A DNA stretch of 64,000 nt from an uncultured Candidatus Actinomarina sp. (GTDB lineage: Bacteria > Actinomycetota > Acidimicrobiia > Actinomarinales > Actinomarinaceae), in NCBI GenBank assembly GCA_902510965.1, contig CABXDM010000002.1, positions 7,120 through 71,119 of the forward strand, written 5' to 3'. Under the pieces are notes generated by a model. The model made no database searches. It was not told the origin of the DNA and worked only from the letters and a program-made list of their open reading frames with translations. The translations under genes were made by a program, and so were the position numbers. Positions 37,457 through 46,899 of this stretch are shown here, piece after piece. Position 1 is the first letter of the stretch, and each line of letters opens with the position of its first letter.

Positions 37457-38539
37457 ATGATAACTTATTTATCTCATTGGGATTGGATTTTATACAAATC
37501 TAGAAAAGATTTGGTTAAGTATATACAATCGGAAGAAATCCATGCAATGTGTCCAAATGGTGTTCACAGGGAGGAAATAGAATCAATCTACAAAGGTGTG
37601 TCATCGTGGGAAATAAACAGAAATAAAATATTGGATATAAAAGCAATATTCTCACTAAGAAGTCACTTAAAAAATGTAGATAGCAAATTTCATTGCTTTA
37701 CATTAAAAACTGGAATACTTTTCTGTTTAGCTAATCTCTTTCTGAGAAATAAAAATAAAGCAGTGCTGTCAATCACAGGACTTGGTTTTTTGTTTAGCAA
37801 AAGCTCAAAAGCAAAGATATTGAGAAACCTATTAAAACCTTTTATAAGTTACCTCTTTAATAATGCTATCAACGTGATTATATTTCAAAATACTTCAGAC
37901 AAAGATATATTTCTTAATTTTTCTAATTTCACAAATACGATAGAAGTAATTCCTAGTTCAGGGATTGAAAGTTCCAATTTTAAAATAAAAGATCTACCAT
38001 CAAGTAACCCAGCAAAAAAGAAAGTAATCCTTGTTTCAAGACTTTTATATGATAAAGGAATTATGGATTACCTGAGTATTGTTAATCAAGTCAATATGGT
38101 AAACGTTGAATTTTACCTAGCTGGTGAGCGTGATGCAGGTAATCCCCAAAATATTTCCGACAAGGACATGGAAATAGTTTTAAATGAAGAAAAACTAAAT
38201 TATTTAGGAAAGATTGATATAGAAACACAGCTGTCTGAATTTGATATATCACTTGTAATGTCATCACATGAAGGGTTTTCAAGAATTCTTCTTGAATCTT
38301 TATACGTTGGTCTCTACTGCATAGCCTATAGGATTCAGGGCACTGAAGTGATGAAAGAATTTAATAATCTTGAATTAATTGAATTGAATCAAATTGACAA
38401 ATTTGTGGAATCTATTGAAAAATATAATGAAATAATTGATAATTCAAAAAACAGACAATTAATTGATGAGTTTTTTACCTCTAAAGTTGTAGCTTCACAA
38501 TTTGAGAAAATTTATAAAGAATTGGATGTATCGAATTGA
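37457..38539 (+). CDS. Glycosyltransferase family 4 (WbnH/PglA-like)
   Basis: HCFTLK, SITGLGFLF, FQN..D, SRLLYDKGI, D.GNP, SSHEGFSRILLES. Confidence 0.88.
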   Translation: MITYLSHWDWILYKSRKDLVKYIQSEEIHAMCPNGVHREEIESIYKGVSSWEINRNKILDIKAIFSLRSHLKNVDSKFHCFTLKTGILFCLANLFLRNKNKAVLSITGLGFLFSKSSKAKILRNLLKPFISYLFNNAINVIIFQNTSDKDIFLNFSNFTNTIEVIPSSGIESSNFKIKDLPSSNPAKKKVILVSRLLYDKGIMDYLSIVNQVNMVNVEFYLAGERDAGNPQNISDKDMEIVLNEEKLNYLGKIDIETQLSEFDISLVMSSHEGFSRILLESLYVGLYCIAYRIQGTEVMKEFNNLELIELNQIDKFVESIEKYNEIIDNSKNRQLIDEFFTSKVVASQFEKIYKELDVSN

Positions 38540-39570
38540 TTCAGTTTCAACTTTCAGTAACTGCTGCGGCATTTATAGCTTTTATATTATCAGCCTTACT
38601 AAACAAAAGTTTTATGCAATTTACAAAACAATTCAAGAAAAAAAATAATAAAAGCGAGAAAAGGTTGAGTAATAAAAACATATCTCCTTTTGGAGGAATA
38701 GCAACCTCGATTGCTTTTTTGGTATCTACTTTTTTCCTAGGTAGAGCTGACCAAGATTTTGTAATAATTGGAATATGCGCAGTTATAATTTCAATAATTG
38801 GATTACTTGATGACATATTCAATCTGGACTGGAAAACTAAAATTACAGGACAAATTATTATCATCCTCTACCCTCTTTTCAAACTTGATGCATTTATAAA
38901 TATTGAGGCTTACCTAAAGGTAGATCTTCAGAATTATGTAAATCTCCTTTTTTCACTTTTATGGGTACTTTTAATTATCAACTCTATAAATTTTATCGAT
39001 AACATGGATGGCCTAACAGTTATTGTCTCTGGAAGCATCTGTTTGCAAATTGCATTTTTGACCAATTATTCAAACTTATATAAAGTCACAGATATCTCAT
39101 TACTCCTCTTTGCGTCACTACTAGGGTTCTTTATGTACAACTATCCTCCAGCAAAGTTATATTTTGGAGATTCGGGAACTCTATTTGTTGGATATGTATT
39201 GGGATTTATTTCTATTATTTTTGACTGGATACCAAAAGTAGATGGCGTATTAGTTTCTCCATTTAGCCCAATTTTGTTCATATTTACAGTTCCAATACTA
39301 GATTTTTTAATAGTTACTTCTGATAGAATTAGCAATAATAAATCACCAACAATTGGCGGAACCGACCATATTTCACATAGACTATTAAACCTAGGGTATT
39401 CGGAAAAAAAGGTATTATTAAGTTTTCTATTTTTGAGTTTCTTATCTTATGTATTATTGATTGGAACTATATTCTTTAATGGAGCACTGAGTTACATTTT
39501 TGCAATGGGATATTTTGTATTTTTTATATATAATTTTGCTAAATATAAAAAGATGGAACCATTAAGTTAA
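38536..39570 (+). CDS. WecA/TagO-type undecaprenyl-phosphate N-acetylhexosamine-1-phosphate transferase
   Basis: P.GGIA, GLLDD, NSINFIDNMDGL, NYPPAKLYFGDSG, DHISHRL. Confidence 0.92.
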   Translation: MIQFQLSVTAAAFIAFILSALLNKSFMQFTKQFKKKNNKSEKRLSNKNISPFGGIATSIAFLVSTFFLGRADQDFVIIGICAVIISIIGLLDDIFNLDWKTKITGQIIIILYPLFKLDAFINIEAYLKVDLQNYVNLLFSLLWVLLIINSINFIDNMDGLTVIVSGSICLQIAFLTNYSNLYKVTDISLLLFASLLGFFMYNYPPAKLYFGDSGTLFVGYVLGFISIIFDWIPKVDGVLVSPFSPILFIFTVPILDFLIVTSDRISNNKSPTIGGTDHISHRLLNLGYSEKKVLLSFLFLSFLSYVLLIGTIFFNGALSYIFAMGYFVFFIYNFAKYKKMEPLS

Positions 39571-40284
39571 CTTTTTTTCTAATTCTATGATTCTATCTGG
39601 TGTTCCTGCGTCGATCCACCATCCTTCTATAGTTACATTTTTACATTTTCCGTCTTGTATATATAAATTGTTTAGATCTGTTACTTCATACTCCCCACGA
39701 GCAGAAGGCTGTAGAGTTGTAATTTTTTCCATTACAGTATCGTCATAGATATAAACACCGACGACTGCTTGATTAGACTTTGGTTTATCAGGCTTTTCTT
39801 CAATTGAAATAACATTATTATTAGAATCTAGTTCGGCAACTCCAAATTCTTCAGGATTTACAACTTTATAAGAAAATATATGGGCTCCTTTACTAACACT
39901 AATTTCTTCTAAATTTAAATTTTTTACAGGACTGTGTTCAAAGAAATTATCTCCTAAAATAAAGAAAACTGTATCTCCAGAATGAATGTATTCTTTAGCG
40001 CACATTAATGCATGGGAAATACCTTTTTGTTCATATTGTATTGAAAAACTAATATTTTTTTCAGGAAAATAGGAGCTAACAACATCTTTAATCAACTCAT
40101 CAAAAGAAGGGTTAGTAATTATGATAAATTCGTTTAATCCCCAATTAATAAGCTGTTCAATCTGACGAATAATCATGGGAGATCCATCAACTTCTAAAAG
40201 AATTTTGGTTGAGTCATTTCCTCTAAAGCCTTGGAGGCGAGTTCCCAACCCTCCAGCTGCTATAACTGTTTTAATTTTATTCAC
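39562..40284 (-). CDS. rmlA: Glucose-1-phosphate thymidylyltransferase (short form)
   Basis: AGGLGTRL, K.LL, LGDNFF, FGVAE, EEKP..PKS, PSARGEYEVTD, WWIDAGT. Confidence 0.85.
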   Translation of the reverse strand: MNKIKTVIAAGGLGTRLQGFRGNDSTKILLEVDGSPMIIRQIEQLINWGLNEFIIITNPSFDELIKDVVSSYFPEKNISFSIQYEQKGISHALMCAKEYIHSGDTVFFILGDNFFEHSPVKNLNLEEISVSKGAHIFSYKVVNPEEFGVAELDSNNNVISIEEKPDKPKSNQAVVGVYIYDDTVMEKITTLQPSARGEYEVTDLNNLYIQDGKCKNVTIEGWWIDAGTPDRIIELEKKLT

Positions 40285-40291
40285 AAAGAAT

Positions 40292-40297
40292 ATTATA
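40292..40297 (-). promoter_or_regulatory. Consensus -10 (TATAAT), 7 nt before the rmlA GTG
   Basis: Perfect TATAAT on the minus strand in a 39-bp divergent gap; no SD before the start codon. Confidence 0.6.
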
Positions 40298-40323
40298 GAG
40301 TTATACTTAGTTTTTGGTTTAAC

Positions 40324-41442
40324 ATGAAAACATTAAATAAATACACATACTTGCTTATAGGGCTAGTAGTTACAGCATTATTAGTAGTTTTTGCGATTGT
40401 TCCAAGATTTGAAAAACAAGCATTTGACACAGATAGAGTAGAGAATATATCAGAAGGTCTTACCCCTACCACAAGTCTTACTAATGAAGAAAATAACGAA
40501 GAGAATCAAAATAAACCTCTTAAACCTGAAATAATCCAAATTGAAAAATCAGAAATTGATAAATTACTCATCAATAACAGTGCTGAGGATGACATAGAGG
40601 GATACAAATCATATCTTTTGATTGGTAGCGATGAAAGAGATGAAAATTCTTCTGAATCAAGAGGTTTTGTTGAAGGTCAAAGAGCAGATGTTATCATAAT
40701 AGGTCTCATTGATGAAACTGAAAGTAAACACTATCTACTGTCTATCCCTAGAGACACATTAATAGTTAACCCATGTACAGAGAATCTTGAAAGAATAAAC
40801 GGATCTTACTCTGAAAATAAATGCGGAAACAATGCTGAAAACCTAGCCGCTGCAGTAAAAAACTTAACGGGAATCAAAGTAGACCATTTTGCAAGTTTTA
40901 ACTTTGAGGGTTTCGAGAATATTATTAACTCTTTTAATGGAATCGAAATCTGCGTAGATAGCGCACAAAAAGAAGGTTACTCTTTCGAATTGCAAAAAGG
41001 GTGTCAAGTAGTAACTGGGTCTACTGCCTTGAATTGGATCGTATCCAGAAATACTGAAGTATTGGTTGGTGAGAAAATACTAGACGAAAATGGTGAAGAT
41101 GCATCAGAATGGAAAAAGATGGATGGTGTTAGTGATTTATCAAGGAATGAGCGACAGCAGTATGTTATATTACAACTATTGAAAAGGCTTAATGACTTTG
41201 AATCACTTAAAGACTTAAATAGTTTTATTAATGCCCTAGAGGATTCATTTATCATCGATGAAAATCTTACTTTAAGCTCTGCTATAAATATACTGTGGAA
41301 TTTTAGAAATATAGACTTTAGCAGCATTAATAAAGTTTCCATACCAACTTCACCATATGAACTTGAAGACGGAAGACAGATACTTATAATTTCGGAAAAT
41401 TTTTCTACTTACGCTAAACGAATTGGATTAATTAATTCTTAA
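40324..41442 (+). CDS. LCP (LytR-CpsA-Psr) family glycopolymer transferase
   Basis: TM anchor, LLIGSDER, RADVI, LSIPRD, RIN, D..RNERQQ; start MKTLNKY at 40324. Confidence 0.93.
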   Translation: MKTLNKYTYLLIGLVVTALLVVFAIVPRFEKQAFDTDRVENISEGLTPTTSLTNEENNEENQNKPLKPEIIQIEKSEIDKLLINNSAEDDIEGYKSYLLIGSDERDENSSESRGFVEGQRADVIIIGLIDETESKHYLLSIPRDTLIVNPCTENLERINGSYSENKCGNNAENLAAAVKNLTGIKVDHFASFNFEGFENIINSFNGIEICVDSAQKEGYSFELQKGCQVVTGSTALNWIVSRNTEVLVGEKILDENGEDASEWKKMDGVSDLSRNERQQYVILQLLKRLNDFESLKDLNSFINALEDSFIIDENLTLSSAINILWNFRNIDFSSINKVSIPTSPYELEDGRQILIISENFSTYAKRIGLINS

Positions 41443-43414
41443 TTTTTTTTAAGAATAAATAGCTGGGAATTATCCAAAAATAAATTGCTACATCTGGTGA
41501 ATATATTAAATCATTAGTAAGATTCTGAGCTAATAAAGCTACCAAAACAGAGATTAAAAAATGATTTTTGTAATTTGTATTTTTGATAACTGTAAACAAT
41601 ATGCCTAGAACGATAATCAATACAGGAAATAAACCATATTCGACTGCCATTGTCAAGAATCCATTATGTGAAGTAGTAATTTCATCATATTGGGAAAGTG
41701 AAAAGTCTGAAATAATTGAATCAAACTGACCATTATTAGTAACCAATCTTCCAGACCTAAGACTTTGACCTCCAAGATAATTAGAGTACCCACTAATAAT
41801 ATCTTCTACCCAAAAGAAATACATTCTTCCATCAATAATTGACCACTTCCATGACTGGTTGTTTATATTCTCTGAAGTATTAATAATTGAACTTTGGCTA
41901 AATATTGTTTCATTTCCTTTGGGTATGTTATTCAGTTTAAGTTGTATTACTACTTCAAAGTCTTTTTGAGATATATTATCTTCATGTGGAATTGCAACCC
42001 AATAACTTCTTGGCCTTTTTAATTTAAGACCATCCTCTGTATAAACTAATTTTCCGTCATTTCTATTGTCGTAAAATTCTTTAGTAGTAGGTAGGTATAC
42101 AAAATAGTCTTTATCTCTATTTTCTTCAATAAATTGGTAACTATATCTGTTGTCTGAAAAACTTATATTTACCTGTTTAATAAAACCATCAAGATATGAG
42201 TCTCCTGGAGATTGCCCATCTCCCCAACCACCTACCTCAAAAAATGAATCATTCTTTATTAGCTCAATAACCGACCCATCTGTATGTTCAGAGCCAATCT
42301 GTGACCAAGTAATACCATTTTGAGAGTGGTAAAAAGAAACTACGGACCTTGGTAACACACCATCTTTGTAGTCAAATTTTAACTTCAAATATCCTTCAGC
42401 TGGGTCAATTTCATTTTGTGTTGCGTTCTTAGTATGGTTTTTCATATCATTTTCTGAATATACTATATTAAATTTTTCTAAGATTTCATCCTCGTCAAGC
42501 CCTAGTAAATAATCCTTGTAGACCTCTTTAATATAATGACCACCACCACTCCCCTCAAAGAGCTCTAGATTACTGATGGCAAGATTATTTAGGAAGCTTC
42601 TATTTGATTGTTTTAGAAAAATTGAAGGGAATATGAAAATTACGATAACCGAAAAAAGTATTGAAATAATTAGAAAATAAATTTTAAATTTGGCTGTTAG
42701 AGATCTTGTATATATTAGAAGTAAAAGAAGGCCAGCATATAATGCCAAATAAGAACCCCTGGAATATGTAATGTAGAGATTGAAAATAGAAATAATAAGT
42801 AGTGCAGTATTTAGCTTGTCTGAAAATAAGTATTTTAAAATATTATCAGAACTTGAAGCTTTATATACACACAGTAGTATATACATAGTACAGATCACTC
42901 CAATAACATTTGGACCACCACCCTGAAATCCTCCTAGTCTTCCTGATGTGAAGGGATTAGTACTACCTGAATTATTTAGTATCCACCCATCAATAGTTCC
43001 AGGAAGCTGAACTTGAAATAGTACAACTAAAAAGTTTGCAATCATGACATATGAGAGTGGTTCGAAAACGGTAATTAAGTTTTCCTTATTTTCTCTAATT
43101 ACATCAACACAAAAATAGCTCAAAATAAAATAGAAATAGAATCTTAAATTTGTTTGATTAAATATTTCAGAATTCTGAGTAAATATATTTGAGTATAAAA
43201 TAAATGAGAATATGAATGATAAAAATACTTTATCGACATTGGAAATGTGATGGTAATTATTTATTTTTTTATAAAATAGAAATAAAAAAAGAAACACTAA
43301 GGGTAAGTCTTCAAAGTTCAATCCTAAAATATTTAATCCGTAATTTGAGGGGATTAATAGTGTTGATGCAAATACTAATCCAATTGTTCGAGCATTTATA
43401 TTTTTAATGTTCAT
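41432..43414 (-). CDS. O-antigen ligase/Wzy_C family protein with large extracytoplasmic beta-rich insert
   Basis: GRLGGFQGGGPN, TYSRG, GSGGG, SHNGFL..AVEYGLF; about 280 extra soluble residues; start ATG 43414 or TTG 43426. Confidence 0.85.
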   Translation of the reverse strand: MNIKNINARTIGLVFASTLLIPSNYGLNILGLNFEDLPLVFLFLFLFYKKINNYHHISNVDKVFLSFIFSFILYSNIFTQNSEIFNQTNLRFYFYFILSYFCVDVIRENKENLITVFEPLSYVMIANFLVVLFQVQLPGTIDGWILNNSGSTNPFTSGRLGGFQGGGPNVIGVICTMYILLCVYKASSSDNILKYLFSDKLNTALLIISIFNLYITYSRGSYLALYAGLLLLLIYTRSLTAKFKIYFLIISILFSVIVIFIFPSIFLKQSNRSFLNNLAISNLELFEGSGGGHYIKEVYKDYLLGLDEDEILEKFNIVYSENDMKNHTKNATQNEIDPAEGYLKLKFDYKDGVLPRSVVSFYHSQNGITWSQIGSEHTDGSVIELIKNDSFFEVGGWGDGQSPGDSYLDGFIKQVNISFSDNRYSYQFIEENRDKDYFVYLPTTKEFYDNRNDGKLVYTEDGLKLKRPRSYWVAIPHEDNISQKDFEVVIQLKLNNIPKGNETIFSQSSIINTSENINNQSWKWSIIDGRMYFFWVEDIISGYSNYLGGQSLRSGRLVTNNGQFDSIISDFSLSQYDEITTSHNGFLTMAVEYGLFPVLIIVLGILFTVIKNTNYKNHFLISVLVALLAQNLTNDLIYSPDVAIYFWIIPSYLFLKKIKN

Positions 43415-43427
43415 AAATGTTTTCAAG

Positions 43428-43501
43428 TGGGCCCGGCAGGACTCGAACCTGCGACCGACGGATTATGAGTCCGTTGCTCTAACCAACTGAGCTACAGGCC
43501 C
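43428..43501 (-). tRNA. tRNA-Ile2 (anticodon CAT, lysidine-modified); CCA not encoded
   Basis: GGGCCTGTAGCTCAGTTGGTTAGAGCAACGGACTCATAATCCGTCGGTCGCAGGTTCGAGTCCTGCCGGGCCCA; C4-G69/C5-G68 pairs favour Ile2 over Met. Confidence 0.9.
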
Positions 43502-43506
43502 TTAAA

Positions 43507-43797
43507 TTATCCTATGACAGATTGCAATTTAAGCGCAATTCCCATATCTCCAGCTATTTTAATTTTTCCAGTCATGAACGCTGCTTGTGGGCTAACGGAT
43601 TTGTCGTACATACCCTTGAATGTTTCCATATCAGTGGTAATTGTACATGCTGCTTCAGCATCCTCGTCAGTTACTTCGCTACCTTCAGGACTCATATAAA
43701 CTATTTGTGAATCTACAACCCATTTAATAGAACCAGGTAGGATACTTAAATCTTTACCTTCCATATTTTTTTTAACAAATTCCAATGCTTCTGACAT
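43507..43797 (-). CDS. SCP2 sterol/lipid-binding domain protein
   Basis: ACTIT.D..TF, SPQAAFMTGKIKIAGDMGIALKLQ; AGGAGG SD before ATG 43797. Confidence 0.93.
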   Translation of the reverse strand: MSEALEFVKKNMEGKDLSILPGSIKWVVDSQIVYMSPEGSEVTDEDAEAACTITTDMETFKGMYDKSVSPQAAFMTGKIKIAGDMGIALKLQSVIG

Positions 43798-43800
43798 ATT

Positions 43801-43827
43801 CCTCCTATTTTCCAATACTCAATTATA
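43801..43827 (-). promoter_or_regulatory. -10 TATAAT (43827-43822) and SD AGGAGG (43806-43801) for SCP2/tRNA-Ile2
   Basis: Perfect consensus elements in a plausible order and spacing. Confidence 0.65.
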
Positions 43828-43859
43828 TACAGGATTGCGATTCTGTTGATAATTTATTG

Positions 43860-43932
43860 CTCCGAGGGTGGGACTTGAACCCACAACCAACGGATTAACA
43901 GTCCGCTGCTCTGCCAATTGAGCTACCTCGGA
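43860..43932 (-). tRNA. tRNA-Asn (GTT); CCA not encoded
   Basis: TCCGAGGTAGCTCAATTGGCAGAGCAGCGGACTGTTAATCCGTTGGTTGTGGGTTCAAGTCCCACCCTCGGAG. Confidence 0.97.
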
Positions 43933-43955
43933 TAGCAAATTAATAATACTATGAA

Positions 43956-45599
43956 TTAAAGTGTATTCTGATAATTTTCAATTTTCTTTTTAAGATTTTC
44001 AATTTCAGAAAATATATTTGTGTCATTTGATACCTCTAATTGACTAATTAATGTGTTTATTTTAATTTCAAAATAATGAATATACAATCTTGAAATTGCC
44101 TCCTGTAATTGATATTCAGTAAAAGAGATATTTATAAAGCTATTACTGATATCTTTGTTTTGACCGGATTGAAGTTTTTTAATGATGTTGAATAGCTCTT
44201 CACTAGAATTTAGGAGGTCTTCAAATTCCGATATATTCTCAAACTCATTCTTAATTAAACTTGATATAAATATGTCCTGAAAAGCTTCGATGTGTTTGTT
44301 ACTTTCATTTTGGCTTGAAGAGCTCTCTCCGTATGTTGGGCTTGATTTTTTATGTTTCAGCTCCTTTACAAGTAAATCTTTCGGAGTATTAATTTTGACG
44401 GAAAGTATATCAAAAGCAAAATCTTGATCAAGTGGACTGAGAGATCTAATAAGCTTTTTAAACTCACTAAAAATAATACGTTTGTCACCTGTATCTTCTT
44501 TTTTAATTAATGAGTCAATAGAGAACTCTATTAAATCTATCTTATTACTTAATAGTAAATCGAGATTGTCTTTACCATCTTCATAATATTCTCCGATATC
44601 TTTGTATCCTTCAGGTAATATCATGCATTTTAAATATAAATCACGGGATGTGGAATTTTTAATCTCAAGAATTCTATTAGTAGCATTGATACCTGCATCA
44701 TCATTATCAAAAGATATAATAATGTTTGATGAATACTTAGAAAGCTGCTCTAACTGCTGAGAGGTTAAAGCAGTTCCCGAAGGTGATGCTACATTGGAAT
44801 AGCCAAGCAAATTGAATGCAATAACATCTATGTAGCCTTCCACTATGATAATTTCATCTTTTTCCTTCACACTTTTGAGAAAGTTGTCCGTAAAATATAG
44901 AGTTTTATTTTTTTTGTAAATTTGAGATTCGGCTGAATTTAAATATTTAGGTCCAAAATCATTCAAAGCTCTGCCTCCGTAGGCAACAGTTTCATTCCTG
45001 AAATTTGTTATTGGGAATAATATTCTCTCTCTGAATAATAAATTTTGCTTCTCACTCAACAGACCTAGAGATTTTAGATTTTGCTTAGATATATCGTTTT
45101 TATTACAAAAATCATAAAATATTTTTTCATCCAATTCAGCAAATCCAAGTTTAAATTTTTTAATTGCTTCATTATCAATTTTTCTTGAGATTAAGTATTT
45201 TTTAGGTTTTGTAGATTTAGTTTCTTCAATATTTCTAATAAAGTAATCTGAGATTATTTTCATCATTTGAATCAAGCTTTTTTGATTTGATTCAAATTGC
45301 GAATCAGTATATTTGAGATTAAATGCATATTTTTCTGCAACTACTTCCACTGACTCTTGGAATTCAATATTATTTATGAGTTGTACATATTTAAATATGT
45401 CCCCACCTTCTTTGCAGCCAAAACAATGAAAAAGATTTTCCTCATCGGTAAAGCTCATACTTGCAGTTTTTTCTCCATGAAATGGACATATTGCCATACC
45501 TTTATTGCCACGCAATTTACCAGAAGTAGAAGCCAACACGAAGTCGCTTATTCTAGCTTTTAGTTTTAATGACTCTATTGAATCTTTTGCGATACCCAT
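43956..45599 (-). CDS. dnaG: DNA primase
   Basis: CPFHGEKTAS..HCFGC zinc finger, RILFPI, YGGR, PKYLNS, VEGYIDV, FDNDDAG; start MGIAK at 45599. Confidence 0.96.
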   Translation of the reverse strand: MGIAKDSIESLKLKARISDFVLASTSGKLRGNKGMAICPFHGEKTASMSFTDEENLFHCFGCKEGGDIFKYVQLINNIEFQESVEVVAEKYAFNLKYTDSQFESNQKSLIQMMKIISDYFIRNIEETKSTKPKKYLISRKIDNEAIKKFKLGFAELDEKIFYDFCNKNDISKQNLKSLGLLSEKQNLLFRERILFPITNFRNETVAYGGRALNDFGPKYLNSAESQIYKKNKTLYFTDNFLKSVKEKDEIIIVEGYIDVIAFNLLGYSNVASPSGTALTSQQLEQLSKYSSNIIISFDNDDAGINATNRILEIKNSTSRDLYLKCMILPEGYKDIGEYYEDGKDNLDLLLSNKIDLIEFSIDSLIKKEDTGDKRIIFSEFKKLIRSLSPLDQDFAFDILSVKINTPKDLLVKELKHKKSSPTYGESSSSQNESNKHIEAFQDIFISSLIKNEFENISEFEDLLNSSEELFNIIKKLQSGQNKDISNSFINISFTEYQLQEAISRLYIHYFEIKINTLISQLEVSNDTNIFSEIENLKKKIENYQNTL

Positions 45600-45600
45600 A

Positions 45601-46899
45601 TCAATTTTGAAAATATTCAACTAATGAGGTTATTTGAATTCTCTCTTGTTTCATTGTATCTCTGTTTCTGATTGTCACACATTCATCATCTAGGGAGTCA
45701 AAATCTACTGTTATACAATTAGGAGTACCTATTTCATCCTGTCTTCTATATCTTTTTCCAATAGATTGAGTAATATCTATTTCTGTTCTGTAAAGTGGTC
45801 CCAGTAATAAATCAATTTGATTACAAACATTAATTAATTCTTCTTTCTTGCTTAATGGCAAAATTGCTATTTGAATGGGGGCTATCTCAAAACTCATTTT
45901 AAAAAGTGTTCTACTATCTCCATTCTCAAGTTGTTCCTCTTCATAAGTAGATAATAAAATAGCAAAAACTGTTCTTGTTAATCCACCCGCAGGCTCAATA
46001 ACTGTTGGTAAGTGTTTTGAATTATCCTTTGGGTCAAAATAAGTTAAGTCTTTTCCACTTTTTTCTTGATGGGCTGCAAGGTCATAATTACCACGGTTTG
46101 CTACTCCCTCTAACTCTCCCCATCCCCATGGATAAAGATATTCGATATCAGTAGTTGATTTAGCATAGTGGGCTAATTCATCGGCTTCATGAGGTCTAAG
46201 TCTTAAAAGATCCTTTTTTAAACCGAGTTTGATATACCAGTCAAGTCTTTTCTGGGTCCAATATTTCATCCACTCTTCTGATTCATCTTCTTTACAGAAG
46301 AATTCAATTTCCATTTGTTCAAACTCTCTTGTTCGGAAGACAAACTGTCCGGGTGTTATCTCATTTCTGAAAGATTTACCAATATTTGCTATTCCAAAAG
46401 GTAACTTAGCCCGCATGGTTCTAAGTACATTTTCGAAATTAACAAATATTCCTTGGGCTGTTTCTGGCCTTAAGTAGACTTGGGAATTTTCATTCTGAAC
46501 GGGTCCAAGATTTGTCTCAAACATTAGGTTAAAGTTTTTAGGCTCGGTTAAATCCTGTGTATCGCAACAAGTTACTTCTGGTTCAGAATCACTTCTAAAT
46601 CTCGAATTACAATTTTTACACTCTACCATTGGGTCTGTGAATTCACTTAAATGACCTGAGGCTTTCCATACTTCGGTGCTTTGTATAATTGCTGTATCTA
46701 CAGGATAAATTTTGACTTCAGTAGTTTTTAAGGATTTCCACCAAAGCTCTGCAATATTATTTTTTAATAATGTACCTAGTGGACCGTAGTCATAAGAACT
46801 TCTTAAACCACCGTATATTGATGATGCATTAAATACGAATCCCCTGTTTTGAGCTATTTTTACTATTTTTTCAAATAATTCTTTATCAGGCTTTTCCAT
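45601..46899 (-). CDS. glyQS: Glycine--tRNA ligase (alpha2 type)
   Basis: IYGG, DYGPLG, YLRPETAQGIF, FRNEITPG..FRTREFEQME, SIGKRYRRQDEIGTP; start MEKPDK at 46899. Confidence 0.96.
   Translation of the reverse strand: MEKPDKELFEKIVKIAQNRGFVFNASSIYGGLRSSYDYGPLGTLLKNNIAELWWKSLKTTEVKIYPVDTAIIQSTEVWKASGHLSEFTDPMVECKNCNSRFRSDSEPEVTCCDTQDLTEPKNFNLMFETNLGPVQNENSQVYLRPETAQGIFVNFENVLRTMRAKLPFGIANIGKSFRNEITPGQFVFRTREFEQMEIEFFCKEDESEEWMKYWTQKRLDWYIKLGLKKDLLRLRPHEADELAHYAKSTTDIEYLYPWGWGELEGVANRGNYDLAAHQEKSGKDLTYFDPKDNSKHLPTVIEPAGGLTRTVFAILLSTYEEEQLENGDSRTLFKMSFEIAPIQIAILPLSKKEELINVCNQIDLLLGPLYRTEIDITQSIGKRYRRQDEIGTPNCITVDFDSLDDECVTIRNRDTMKQERIQITSLVEYFQN

Larger units (their letters stand above)
13887..43414. 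other. Cell-surface glycan biosynthesis cluster (about 29.5 kb, 26 genes) bounded by ppc and tRNA-Ile2
   Basis: Continuous run of nucleotide-sugar enzymes, GTs, flippase, three Wzy/ligase-like genes, two initiating transferases and an LCP. Confidence 0.9.

Noticed and set aside
27513..40284. Complete rmlABCD dTDP-rhamnose pathway
   Set aside because: No clear RmlB; the cupin and reductase are coupled to a 2-epimerase and WbuB-like GT, far from rmlA.
43428..43501. Calling the CAT tRNA as tRNA-Met or initiator
   Set aside because: No C1:A72 mismatch or triple G-C anticodon stem; the acceptor stem matches Ile2/TilS determinants.
13887..43501. Integrative element or prophage at tRNA-Ile2 or tRNA-Ala
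   Set aside because: No integrase, transposase or phage gene, and no duplicated tRNA 3' end noticed by eye.
43830..43845. Hairpin CAGGAT-TGCG-ATTCTG after tRNA-Asn as a terminator
   Set aside because: It has an A-C mismatch on the transcribed strand and no U-tract, and it abuts the SCP2 promoter.
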